Of a DNA stretch of 64,000 bases, positions 1-11,383 are shown piece by piece. The first letter of the stretch is position 1, and every line of letters starts with the position of its first letter. A program made the position numbers and the translations under genes. The notes beneath the pieces were generated by a model. It saw nothing but the letters and a program-made list of their open reading frames with translations. It did no database searches and was not told the origin of the DNA. Source of the stretch: Chiloscyllium plagiosum (Eukaryota); contig NC_057718.1 of the NCBI RefSeq assembly GCF_004010195.1, positions 99,121,780 to 99,185,779 on the forward strand, read 5' to 3'.

Positions 1-199
1 GTTGAGAAGGAGATTCCTTCATGGTAACCTCAGCCAGCTCAGGAATTGAACCCACACCGTTGATGTCACCATCACAAACCAGCCGCTCAGTCAACTGCCA
101 GGCAGTTAGGCGCAAAAAAGGTTTATTGGCGAAGTTAAGTAGGTCTGAATGTACTGGCCATCTCGAGTCAGCAGTCGCTTAGCTGGCAGCGGTCTTGGG

Positions 200-520
200 G
201 TGGAAGTCAGGAGATTGCAGGTTCAAGTCCCAGAACCATCTCAGCTAACATCCCTGGGCAACAGAAAGGAGGAATGACAAAGTCTTTTCAATAGAGGCCC
301 CCTTTGCCACCTCCGGTGGACCCAAAAGATTTCACAGCATTTCCCCCCCCACCAAGAGGAGGTATCTGCACCTCCACATGCACCCTGGCCAATATTTCTC
401 AAAAATTAGATTACTTGCTCATTGTCACATTGCTGCCTGTGGGAGCTTGCCGTGCACAAATTAGCATTGCGTTTCCCACATCTACAGTTCCAATGGTCAG
501 TTCACTCATTTTGGCTACAA
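200..520 (+). mobile_element. DeuSINE-like (SacSINE1-type) SINE, degraded
   Basis: tRNA-like head (GGTTCAAGTCCC B box) and conserved tail CACATTGCTGCCTGTGGGAGCTTGCCGTGCACAAATTAGC, also found at ~31090-31380, ~40040-40360 and ~43810-44450. Confidence 0.6.
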
Positions 521-769
521 CAGCGAGCCCAGTGTTGGCTCCGTTCCCACACCAGCTGAGGTGATCGTGAAGGACTCTCCTCCTCAACCTCTCCCTCGTT
601 GGGGGGGGGGGGGTGAGCCTCTGGTTAAACCAATCATCGCTGTCTCTAATAACAGAGCAGTCCTAAGGTTCGGTATGGCTGTGGCAACTTCGAAACCACT
701 CAATTGGCTGCAAGATAAAAATTCGCCAGAGTCCCACCGAGGGAGAGGGGACTGGTGGGGAGCGTAATG

Positions 770-885
770 AGAGGGTCACAAGGAGTGAGGTCAAGTAGGG
801 ATAATGTCCACGGTAACCCATGCTGTTATCATTACATTGCATCACAAACCAGTCATCCAGCCAACTGAGCCAACTCACCGCCATG
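770..885 (-). mobile_element. tRNA-derived SINE fragment (family also at ~1-100, ~530-665, ~46975-47150, ~59780-59930)
   Basis: Minus-strand A box TGGCTCAGTTGG; other copies show the B box GGGTTCAATTCC and share the ATGGTAACCTCAGC..GGAATTGAACCC block. Confidence 0.5.
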
Positions 886-3800
886 ATTATAAAGCACTTG
901 GTGACCCCCAAAGGTAACGAAAAGCTTAAAAACACAGGAGGCTTACGCGAAGGCCTAGGTAGCTCCCAGCTGTTTTGTACCCTTCAGAGCAATACCATAC
1001 AATCTGAGACAGGATCAGCTAAACAAAGCATTAGGGAGTTTGATTTACACAGTGGGATCCTTTTATTTCATCCCATCAAACAAAGCATGTGAGGGAAAGC
1101 TTTACCATAAAGGCACACGCTGTTAGACACCCAGCTAGAGCTCAACTGTGATCCAATATCCCTCAAGGCCCCAACAGCACCACTCCAATGGCAGGTCCGA
1201 TAGCTCGCAGCCATCCACCCCCAAGACAAAAAAGGGAACACTTGTGATTTCACTGACAGCAAGTCAAATAAACCACATCTAGATCCAGAAAAAAAAAGGA
1301 GGGGGCTGGGGGGGAAATAAAAACCACACAGTTCATTGCCACATTAAGTTGAGATGTAAAACCCAAATTAATGACAGAAGCAGCTGCAAGTCTCTCTCTC
1401 TCGTCAGAGTATAGGAGCAACTGAAGACCAGCCCCCCGAATCACAGCAGCTGTCTCTCTCTTCCTTCCCCCCCCACCACAGAAAGGTTGAAACACCGCTA
1501 TCCAAACATCCCACAAACCGGGTCAGTGCCTGACCTGGCGAGGCCTGCTGGAATAATTAGCAGCCCATGAATATATAATGTGCTGACGTTGCCATTGTGG
1601 AGTTCTGGTGTGGAGCTTAGCAATGCTGAGTCTACTGGTGCTTCCTGTTGCTTGTCATGTATTAGCATTATTTCTGGAAGGTTCCATTATATTCTGTAAT
1701 CCTCACTGCAGTCAGTTTGCTTTTCCTATTGTTCTTGGTTAATATTAGCAATCCCCACCTCTGTCTGGGTGGCCAGAACACCACTTCCTAGACTCCAAAT
1801 ACTGATAAAAAACACGCTGTGTTGGACTTGATTCCAAAAAAAAAGTTGGGGAGGAGGACAGAACGTGAGCACAATGCAAAATGTTATTCCGCTGGAAAAG
1901 GCAAAGTTTTCCAAGTTTGATGAGAATGAAGCCCCCCCCTTCCCCCTTTTTTTTGGATTTGCTTTTATTTGAGAGAAACAGCGCATTGATAAATCTGTCA
2001 AATGCACCAGCTACTGAAGCTGTAAAGTGACGAGAAGCAATACCTCTCAGTTAGCCAGGCACAACCAGTCAGGTTAACAGACAGCAAGTCTGGACAAGAG
2101 CTTCCCAGGCCATAATTAAATAGAATGAACTCAGGGCATTTTTTGGGGGAAAAAAAATCAAGTCTCGCTTGCATAAACTGTATCACTGATCTTTATCCAC
2201 CATCCTGAGTCACAAGCTCCTTGTTTGCCTCGATACAACTTAAATTGACAATCTTGCAGCTAACTTAATTTTGTGACTAAAACATTACTCCACACAAAAT
2301 GGCTTCCCAAATGAATTGGCCATTTTCGATCGACATGTGGTTTCCTCACGGTCGCACTGTTTTGTGTAGCAAACATCACCACTGATTAAAACAAAGCCAG
2401 ATTTTTCAGTTACGTCAAAATTACTTTGTTACCAATACCAGGAAGCATTTCATTGCACACACTCCATTTCTCAGACAAAAGGAACAACTGCACAAGATCC
2501 CTGCATCTGCTGCTTGCCTCTTCAATCGCATGCTCAGAAGCGGCCACTGCATCTTAAGCAACTCGAAAAATTGACATTTGATCTCAACTGTAGAGTTTGG
2601 TGGCCCAAGAATTTCAGCTAGGTTTTACCTCTATTATGAGCAACATGAACATTTGCTGAGTTAGGCCACAAAAGCATGTGCCACAGACATTAAAGACAAG
2701 TTTAAGTAAACTTCATCTACCTCAAAAAGTGTTCTTTTCCCAGAAAAAAAAATCCACATCTGAAGTTGATTACCATTGATTTTGCCAGAAGGCATAATCA
2801 GTGCACTGATTGGCTAGCCAGAGGTTTCCCACACACTTTCACACAAAGTACCAGGTGCAGCCTCACTTACACTGCCTGGAGACCACAAATGCAGCTCAAA
2901 ACCATGGGCGTTCTAAAAATGACAGATTTGCAATGCTTGGGGACATTATCGTGCTGTTTAGTAGTGCTACAGACTGCTTGAAGTCACAACCTCACCACAA
3001 ACTTTCTCCCTGGCAAAATTATAAATTCTGTTGAATATAAATCACTGCTAAGTGAATTAACTCATGAACAAAACTCTCCTTAGAACTGCAGAGTTAAAAA
3101 GCAATCCTTTTGCAGGATTTTTAATATATTGAAAATGTTGAAACTCAGCACCTCCGCTACAAAGCTGAACCAACTTTGTTTTAACAGGTTAAGCAGATAG
3201 TTTTAATTGTTCCAAATAAATCTTGGTGGGGCATACCGGAAGGGGGAAGAGTAACTGATTATTCCCAGGACAAACCCACCAAATTTAGTAAAATGGTCCC
3301 CAAATTCCATACAAAAGCTGTGTCAATCAAAACCAGAAAAAAAAACTCACTTTCTTCAATAAATTACACGTGGTGGTGGTGGAAGGAATATAACTTACTG
3401 GGCCAAGAGACTGTCTGGTTTGTTCACCAAGCCAACTTCTAGCACACCCCCACCAGATTACATTAAGTTAATTTCTGCTCCAGATCTATGACTAATTACC
3501 TTGCAATCGGCCAAAATTCAAATCATTCACAGGTTGTTTCAAAAGTTTAAAACTCACCTGGAGAAGCTGAGAGGGGGATAATACAAACAACATTCTAAGT
3601 ACTATGCCTGGCAAGACATTTTGATGAGGTTTTACATTGAGTTAAATGATGAGCAACAAAGTCTTTGTAAAATGATGAATCAGAGTCAAAAGAATTGAGC
3701 GCTTAGAATCTGCCAGTTCTGAAAAATTGAACTGGCAGAATCATTTGCCAAAATGCAGGACACATCCGACCACTGCAACAATTTTATATTTACTTTTCCA

Positions 3801-6174
3801 TTGTCATGGCCATAGCCTTTACTGAACAGTTCTGCGTCAAGGAGAGATGGATTTACTGGAGATAATCTGGGGTTATCCCTCAGAAATGCAAGGCTGGGTT
3901 TACTGCAAATTAAAAAAAAGGAAAGCAGACCTGCATACAATGCTAACATGTGGATCGTAAGTGGAGCAGAATTTTAAAACTCGGGACAGACTATTTTTAC
4001 AAAAGGGAAACAGGGAGTTGCGCCAACTCTTTCCAATGCAGGTGCAGCTTGAGTGGTTTCTAGTTATTCCTCAGCGCCAGCCTGTTGCTGCGTTTCCTGG
4101 CAACTCATTCAACCTCCCAGTCATCTCAATGAATTTAACAGTCCACCATCTCCACACTCATTACTCTCATTTCCCTGTCAGGCCCTGGCACATCAGGAGC
4201 TGAGCTGCGAACTATTTGCGAAAATTTACCCTCACATTTGCTATTATATACAACAACTCCCTCCCGACTTCTGCCTCACCCTACTGTGGCACAATTTACA
4301 TTTGCTGATTTGTCATAATGACTGGAATTGCTAAGTACATGCCCTCTGAATGAGTAAGCATGCAAAATGACAATGGCCAATTAGGGCTCACCTTTCAACA
4401 CAAAAGTGGGGGGTGGGGAAGAGAGAGAAAGGAAGTGTCAATAGTTGTAGTCATGGCAACACAGCTTTTCCAACCATATACCCCCAATTACAAGGAATGT
4501 CCTCCTTTGTATCAGATCGCCTGCGATACTAAACCAGTAAGGAACTAAAATCTGGGACAGCCCAAGAGTGAAAAGACCCAGTGCTGATTAGAGGTCCAAG
4601 TGCGGGGGATGCAGTCAAACATCGGACATTCAGTCTCAAACATCACTGCACAACTTTTTCCAGACAATATTTTCAATTTCTCCATGCCTCTCAACACTAC
4701 AAAGGCCATTCACAAATACTCTGCTAAGAGCTTACTGGACTATTATGGGACAGGCCAAGCAAAATCACTTACTAAGTGTTTGCAAAGCCATTTTGCTTGC
4801 CTGCACCTCAATTACCAATGTTTCATTTTTCATCTTTAATGAGAGAGAGTGTGAAAGAGAAGAGATGGACATAATCCAGACAGTCCTCTCCGTTACAATC
4901 CGCAGGTTGACCGTCACTCTCAGTAACAGACGCATTTTTTTTAAAAAAGGAAACACTACTGTTTCAGTGGGATGTTGCTGCACTTTGACACTGGCGAACA
5001 TGGCAAGAAATTCCATTTTTTTGTGGAAGGGAAACTTAATCCTCTTTCCACATCCAACCCCCAACCACAAACTTTGCAAGAGAAAGTGACAATTTATAGC
5101 AGCTCATAGTTTCAGTTTGCAGGCTCATATTTCAGTTATATCAAGGTTCCACAATCATTACATCTGCCCCATTGTTTTGTTCATTTAAAAGCACTCACCA
5201 CAAGGGAAACATTGAAATCACTAAATTACATTACAAAGATTACATTAGTGCAACACAACAGCATCATCTACATACATTGTGCCTATCATGGAGAACTGAT
5301 TCACCATTTTAAATAGGAGACTAATTAGACATCTAGCCACAACTTCTAGCTCAGAATTCTAATAATTTCCTTTAAAATGTACAAACCAGGTCAGATTTTA
5401 AAGTGGAATTCCTGTTACTAACCTTCATGCCACAGAAACACATTATACATTAAATTTACCGTGTGCTAACTGCTTGCAAATTGTCCAGCTCCATTGTCAT
5501 TGGCCCCTTCACATGAAATCTGACTCAACAATTTCATAGTAAAGAGATCACAGAAGTACTTCACTTGGCAGATCTGGATTCCTTGACTGAAGCTGCATTG
5601 GAAGAATCTGAGATGTTGCTGTAATAACAGACACCTACACTAAAAAATTGCAGATCTACCATGTCACTGTGTCATAACAAACTGCTTCTGTTTAAAATTA
5701 CAACACGAGGTGCTTCTACTGTTTAATCCCCACTTACTGAAAAGAAAAACACACCCCATGATCAAATACCGAAGGCTGGAAGGGAAAATTAAGGTGGCAA
5801 AGTGAAGTTCTGAGTACAACTTTTTGGGATACGTAGCAAGTTGGAGTCTCACCATACATCAACATTCCACATTAACTCAGTGGGTCTGAAGGGTTTTTAA
5901 AGTTGGCAATGAACACTTTCTGCTCCTGTCTCTCCCACTCCTCCCATCCCCAAAATAAAAACGTGGAAACACTTTGAGCGTGCAATTTTTTTTAAAAAGA
6001 GAACACACAACAGTCCTCTTAAATTCTGCTCTGCATTCTGTAGCCCCTACTTGTCTTGACAGCTAAACCATTGCCAATGGAACACACACACAGCTGTTAA
6101 TGGTTTAGAACCGTTTAAAGAAAACTGTTTGAAAACAAACGTTGAATCTGCATTTACAAGAGTATTTGAATATT

Positions 6175-6348
6175 ATGAAGTGGACAGACAAGCACAGAAA
6201 CAGTGTGCAAACCATGAGGTGGGACAGACAAGTAAAACAACCGTGTATAACCCATGAGGTAGGACATACAAGCACAAAAAAAAAGTGTACTGTATAAACT
6301 AGAAGGTGGACAAGCCCAGAAAAAGTGTGTAAACTAGGTGGACAAATC
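6175..6348. repeat. Degenerate ~35-45 bp minisatellite, 4-5 units
   Basis: Recurrent GAGGTGGACA(GACA)AGCACAGAAA..GTGTG(T/C)AAAC units. Confidence 0.75.
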
Positions 6349-6480
6349 CACTAAGTGCAAGAAAAATGCTGTTTCACAGTGTAGGAGGAGGAAAGAGACA
6401 AAAGCAGCAGACAAGGGAAACAAGCTGCTGCAGATTTCTCTCTCTCTCTCTGTTCTAGCAGTTCCCGGGGACTCACTCAC

Positions 6481-6786
6481 CGGCCAAGCGAAACTGAAGG
6501 GCAGTACAATCCTGCGTTCGCTGTTGCTGCCTCCCGCCCTCAAGTTAAAGGTATTCCCTCCGATGACCGGGGTCGAGGAGAATCCGAAGCTGCAGGGTCC
6601 GCCGGGGGAGACACGGGACTGATACTCCTTGAGGCAGACTTTGAAGAAAGTGTTGCACTGAGCCCGCACGCACTGGCGGTCCTGGTTTCTGCTACTGCCT
6701 TCACAGCAATTCCCATTCTGCAACTCGCCGTTAGCATTCTGCATAAAGTTTATCTGCAACTCGAACTGCCCCGAAGCCTGGGAAAA
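6481..6786 (-). CDS. jag1: Jagged1-type Notch ligand, coding exon 2 (N-terminal C2/MNNL domain)
   Basis: Translates [28 protein letters not shown]...[12 protein letters not shown]...[18 protein letters not shown]...[11 protein letters not shown], matching vertebrate JAG1 rather than JAG2 or DLL. Polypyrimidine tract plus CTGCAG| acceptor at 6787; CCG|GTGAGT donor at 6480; 306 nt, phase 0-0, the length recalled for human JAG1 exon 2. Confidence 0.95.
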
Positions 6787-7186
6787 CTGCAGGGGGAAAA
6801 AGGGGGGGGGGGGAGAGAAAGAGAATGGTTTGATTTTAAAACCAAAACAACAAGCGGCTTCATAAATAAATAAAAGGTCGTTTAACAAAAGCTACAAACT
6901 TCACACAACACAGAAACTGAAAAGATAAACTGGAGTGCAAAAGCCTCCCAGAGTTTTTCTTGGGTGTAAAAGCCAAGCAGCAAAATTGCAACAAAAAGCC
7001 ATGCATTTGGAACGAATAAAGTATATTTTTTGAAATAATGCATTTGGAAAAGTTGCTTAGAGCTTTTGGGGGGGGAAAAAAAAAGTTGCCCTCGAGATTC
7101 CACCCACCCCCCTTCCCCACCCGTTGTAAAAGCACCAGCTTTGTGAAGGAGTTAGAAATAAAAGGGGGGGAAAAAAAAAATCCTAC
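6787..7186 (-). other. jag1 intron 1 (400 nt, GT-AG)
   Basis: GTAGGA donor and pyrimidine-rich ...TTTTCCCCCTGCAG acceptor between two in-frame exons. Confidence 0.88.
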
Positions 7187-7246
7187 CTGGGTCCGCAAAA
7201 CGACAAGGCAGAAGGCAGCAAAGACTGGAAGCTCACTACAAACCAT
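7187..7246 (-). CDS. jag1: Jagged1-type Notch ligand, coding exon 1 (signal peptide MVCSELPVFAAFCLVVLRTQ)
   Basis: ATG at 7246-7244 in good context (GAAGCGATGG); 20 codons forming a hydrophobic signal peptide; ends at a phase-0 donor CAG|GTAGGA at 7187/7186; joins exon 2 in frame. Confidence 0.88.
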
Positions 7247-7800
7247 CGCTTCGCCTCGCCTGCACTTGGCTGTACTGAGGGTGGAGCGGAACGCAACACG
7301 GCAATATACTGCACCAATTTTCGTATGCACGACTGGACGAGACACTTGCTACAGGGGTAAAAGAAATGTTTGAAAGGAAAGCGGATCATCAATGCAAAAC
7401 AAAACAACGGGGGGGTGAAAGCAAGCCTGCTCTCTCTCTCTCTCTCTTTATATTATTATTCTTTTATTTTCCAAAACCAGCGACGTCTCCCCTCCCATGC
7501 ACAAATCTCCACCTCGGTCACAGAAACACAAAACAAATCCCCCTTCCCCTCCTCCTTTCACATACAAAAAAAAAACCACACAGCCGTCTAGTTGATAGGG
7601 ATAGTAACTGCTTCATCTAGACACACAGAGAGAGAGAGAGAGAGAGGGGGAGAGACGTTTACGTTTATTAATATGCATTAGAAAGGCTGGTCGAGCCCAA
7701 TATTAAACGCCCACTTTTTTTTTTGTAATCCGCTTTCTACAGACCGGCCCCCTTTTTTTGGGGGAAAAAAAAGAGAGAAAAGTTTTTTTTGGGGGGGGGT
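7247..7800 (-). promoter_or_regulatory. jag1 5' UTR / proximal promoter
   Basis: Directly upstream of the ATG; CpG-enriched; (GA)n tracts at ~7430-7447 and ~7627-7655; TATA-like ATATTAATAAA (minus, ~7664-7674); CCAAT at ~7697. The TSS cannot be fixed from sequence. Confidence 0.55.
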
Positions 7801-9684
7801 GGGGGAAGGTGGTTTTGGAAGATGGAATTATGCCACAGATGGAGGATTTAAGCGTGAAGGCATTGAACAAAAAGAGAAAAAAAAAGTGTTAGTGTGGGTC
7901 AACTTTAAAAGAAGTTTCCAATGCACAGGGGGAGTGGATATTACAGATTGCTACACCATAATAAAGACTTATTGTTGCTGCAGCATTAGTGGTCGAATAG
8001 GCTTTTGGGGTGGAAAAAAAAAGTCTGGAAAAAAAGAAAACAACACACACACAGATGTTAAAGAGAATGAGTGACTTTTGGTTCCGAAAGTGTTGAGGAT
8101 TTCCACCCCACAGGGGAAAAACAAGACTGAAATATTGCTGCTGTCCTTATTCTACACCTATAGGCGTCTCTTCCTATCCATGTGGCCGCTATTGGCCACA
8201 TTGAGTGAGCGTGTGTAAGAAATTGCAATTATACTGTATCGTTTCCACCTCATGCAGCCTACCAGAACGTGGAGTCTAAATATTTATTTGGGGGTGGGGA
8301 AGAGTGAAAAATTGCTATGGGGTGCCTTAATGCCTATCAATCTTGCAATCTGCCCATTAACCCGCTCCAATCTTGTTCAGAATGTGAAAAGGGCTCCATC
8401 TCACGAAATGCCCGTGTCTGTGTGTGTGTGTGTGTGAAATACGTGAAGCACTTTTAAGAATAAAACCAGATTTGGTTCCAATCTACATTAATTCACAAGT
8501 AACCACAAGGACTGCAACAAGACACACACTCATTAATTGTTGCTTTTTATTGGATGCCATTTCGGCGATTAATTTGGTTTTGTTTGAACAGAACATCAGC
8601 ACCAGTAAAAATCCATGATAATCGCCAATATTGCGCCCTTTTCACACTGTTAAGGACCCCCCCCCCCCCCCCCCCCATTTATGCTGACGTTTTTTCGACA
8701 GTTTTGCAGAGAACCATTTACTAAGGAACCAAGTCTGTTCGCGTCTAGATTACTGAACCTAATATCCATTGTCTGAAATGTTGTTTGAGACCGTTGGTTT
8801 CAGATTAATTGCACAAAATATTTGATTTGAAAATACTAACGCTTTCAGGTTGCACGTGGGGAGGCAACTAAATGGATAAATCTCCTTACAGATATTGTTG
8901 TTGACTGCTTTGAACTCAGCCTGTTCAATGTGCAGATTAAATGGACGCCTTATTTTAAGAAAGCTTTCCATGACAATGCAGCCATAGTATTTTTTTTTAA
9001 AAGTATATGTAATGAATTGCTGGGATGTGGGCATTTCTGGTAAAGGCTAGTATTTATTACTGTTCCAAATGCCCCTGAGAATATGATGGTCAGCCATTTT
9101 TGTGAATCTTTCTGGTCCACGGCAGGATAATAAGATTGAAAATTCCAGGATTTTTGACCCAGTGATGTATGGTGAGTGTCTTGAAGGGGAACTTTTCAGG
9201 TGGCGGTGTTCCTGTGTATTGTGCTGCCCTTGCCCCTTCTAGATCCTATCCCAAAGTTTGAAAACTACCATGACCCCCTCTATGAGAATGAGGGTGGGTG
9301 TTGCTTCCATCCTCCTCCCCTGCCCCATTTACCTCTGTCTCAAATATAGGAGCAAGGATAAGCTATTTGGCCCTTGAAGACTTTGTTCAATATGATCATG
9401 GCTGACCATCTGACTCCGTATCACATTCTGGCTTTTTTTCCCCTCACATATGCTTGGATCCCTTTAGCCCCAATTTAACTCCTTGTTGAAAACATTCAAT
9501 GTTTTGGTCTCCATTGCTTTCTGTGGTAGAGAATTCCACAGGCTCTTCACTTTCTGGATGATGGCATTTCTCCTCATCTGTCTTAAATGTCCTTATTCAG
9601 TAATAAAGAACAAAGAGAATTACCGCACAGAAACAGGTCTTTCGGCCCTCCAAGCCTGCACTGATCCAGATCCTCTATCTATGT

Positions 9685-9974
9685 GGGTGGCACAGTGGTT
9701 AGCACTGCTGCCTCATTGCACCAGAGACCTGGGTTCAATTCCCGCCTCAGGCGACTGACTGTGTGGAGTTTACACATTCTCCCCATGTCTGCGTGGGTTT
9801 CCTCCCACAGTCCAAAAATGTGCAGGTTAGATGAAGTGGCCATGGGAAATTATCCATAGTGTTAGGTGAAGGAATAAACCTAGGGGAATGGGTCTGGGTA
9901 GGTTGCGCTTCGGTGGGTCGGTGTGGACTTGTTGGGCCGAAGGGCCTATTTTCACACTAAGTAATCTAATCTAA
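9685..9974 (+). mobile_element. HE1-like V-SINE inserted into a CR1 3' tail
   Basis: A box GTGGCACAGTGG, B box GGTTCAATTCC, V-domain GTGTGGAGTTT.CACATTCTCCCC.TGTCTGCGTGGGTTTCCTCC, CR1-like 3' end and (TAATC)n tail. Confidence 0.85.
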
Positions 9975-9975
9975 A

Positions 9976-10555
9976 CCTGTCATCTATTTTCCAAGGGTCT
10001 GTATCCCTCTGCTCCCCTGCCCATTCCTGTATCTGTCTAGATACATCTTAAATGACGCTATCACCCCTGCCTCTACCACCTCTGCTGGCAACGTGTTCCA
10101 AATGTAATCTCTGGTTTGAGACTCTCTATCCCTCCTGTCTAATACCATGAGAATTTTAAGGTTTTTGAGATCTTCCTCATTCTTAAACTCCTGTGAACAT
10201 ATTCCCAACCAATCTAATTTCTCTTCATATGTTAGTCCTGCCTTCCTAGGAGTCAACCTGGGAATCACTCCCTCTGTTGCCAGAATGTCCTTCCTCTGAT
10301 AAGGAAGCTGTACATGGTATACCAGGTGTGATCTCATCAAGGGTCTGTATAATTGCAGCAAAACAAACCACCTGATGAAGGAGCCGTGCTCTAAAAGCGA
10401 GTGTGCTTCCATTTAAACTTGTTGGACTATGACCTAGTGTTGTGTGATTTTTTTTTAAACTTTGTACGCCCAAGTCCAACACCGGCATCTCCAAATCATC
10501 CCTGCTCCTGTGCTTGAACCCTCTAGCTATGAAGGCCAACATACTATTTGCTTTC
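9976..10555 (-). mobile_element. CR1/HER1 LINE fragments (RT C-terminal region), interrupted by a PLE insert
   Basis: ORF remnants LLQLYRPLMRSHLVY and YEEKLDWLG...WNTLPAEVVEAG typical of the CR1 ORF2 3' end. Confidence 0.8.
10367..10499 (+). mobile_element. Penelope-like terminal-repeat fragment, family A (degenerate hammerhead)
   Basis: CCACCTGATGAAGGAGC...GTTGGACTATGACCTAGTGTTGTGTGATTT...CCAAATCAT; splits the CR1 sequence GCAGCAAAACA|TCCCTGCTCC. Confidence 0.75.
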
Positions 10556-10717
10556 TCCCTTTTGTACCAAAAACCGTGCCTAAAACCTTGCTTTCAGCTC
10601 ACTCTTTGGGATGGCAGCTTAGCATCAGGTGAAGTCTCATAGATCAAAACCACCCTCTCCTGCTTCGCTTCCTGGTTAATCTTGGGATCTCTATGAATGT
10701 TAGATAGATATGCAGGT

Positions 10718-11076
10718 TCTGGATTAGTGGTGCTGGAAGAGCACAGCAGTTCAGGCAGCATCCAAGGAGCAGGGTTGGACTTTGTTATATGGCCTCTCAG
10801 GAGAGTAGCATTTTCACTCCATGGTCTTACCACTTCAACACGGTAATCTGTAATAGAACTGTACTGCCCTCTGACACTGTGGAATCTCAAAGATGAGCTG
10901 AAAATCAGACTGGAATATGAACAAATTTACATTGCAATATGGATTGGAGGACTTGAGCTACAGGGAGAGGCTGAATAGGCTGGGGCTGTTTTCCCTGGAG
11001 CGTCAGAGGCCGAGGGGTGACCTTATAGAGATTTATAAAATCATGAAGGGAATGGATAGGGTGAATAGACCAGGCG
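10718..11076. mobile_element. Chimeric insertion: family-B PLE fragment plus a copy of local DNA 11830-12132, flanked by a 12-bp TSD
   Basis: AGATATGCAGGT at 10706-10717 and 11077-11088; 10770-11074 is near-identical to 11830-12132. Confidence 0.8.
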
Positions 11077-11141
11077 AGATATGCAGGTGCCTCTTTTAGT
11101 ATATCTCCATAAATTGGAGATACTGGGGTGTACAAAGTTAA

Positions 11142-11260
11142 GATTAGGTTAGATTACTTACAGTGTGGAAACAAGCCCTTCGGCCCAACAAATCCACACC
11201 GACCCACCGAAGCGTAACCCACCCAGATCCATTCTCCTACATTTACCCCTTCACCTAACT
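11142..11260 (-). mobile_element. HE1-like V-SINE 3' fragment nested in a family-A PLE
   Basis: GATTAGGTTAGATTACTTACAGTGTGGAAACAAGCCCTTCGGCCCAAC is the reverse complement of the SINE tail. Confidence 0.75.
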
Positions 11261-11383
11261 TATAAATTCTGTGTCTTACAATTGTGAACTCCACAACCAC
11301 CTGATGAAGGAGTGGCGCTCTGAAAGCTAGTGCTTCCAATTAAACCTGTTGGACTATAACCTAGTGTTGTGTGATTTTTAACT
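11261..11383 (+). mobile_element. Penelope-like fragment, family A, with near-intact hammerhead core at 11294-11336
   Basis: CAACCAC-CTGATGA-A-GGAGT-GGC-GCTCT-GAAA-GC-TA-GTGCTTC. Confidence 0.75.

Larger units (their letters stand above)
1..6480 (-). other. jag1 intron 2 (continues beyond window start)
   Basis: GTGAGT donor at 6480; no exon-3-like coding sequence (RSYTLxVEAWD) seen in 1-6480. Confidence 0.75.

Noticed and set aside
6175..6348. CRISPR-like array
   Set aside because: Vertebrate intron; units are degenerate tandem copies with no unique spacers and no cas genes.
6481..6786. Assignment to jag2 or a delta-like gene
   Set aside because: [26 protein letters not shown] and [11 protein letters not shown] follow JAG1; the JAG2-type insertion and FQFAWP are absent. 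A JAG1-like paralogue is not excluded.
6334..6888. 184-aa ORF as a complete gene
   Set aside because: Only 6786-6481 is Jagged-like and bounded by splice sites; the flanks are intronic read-through.
6860..7345. 161-aa ORF as a longer Jagged N-terminus
   Set aside because: It starts at GTG two codons after an in-frame stop and reads through the exon-1 donor into intron 1. Only 7246-7187 is credible coding sequence.
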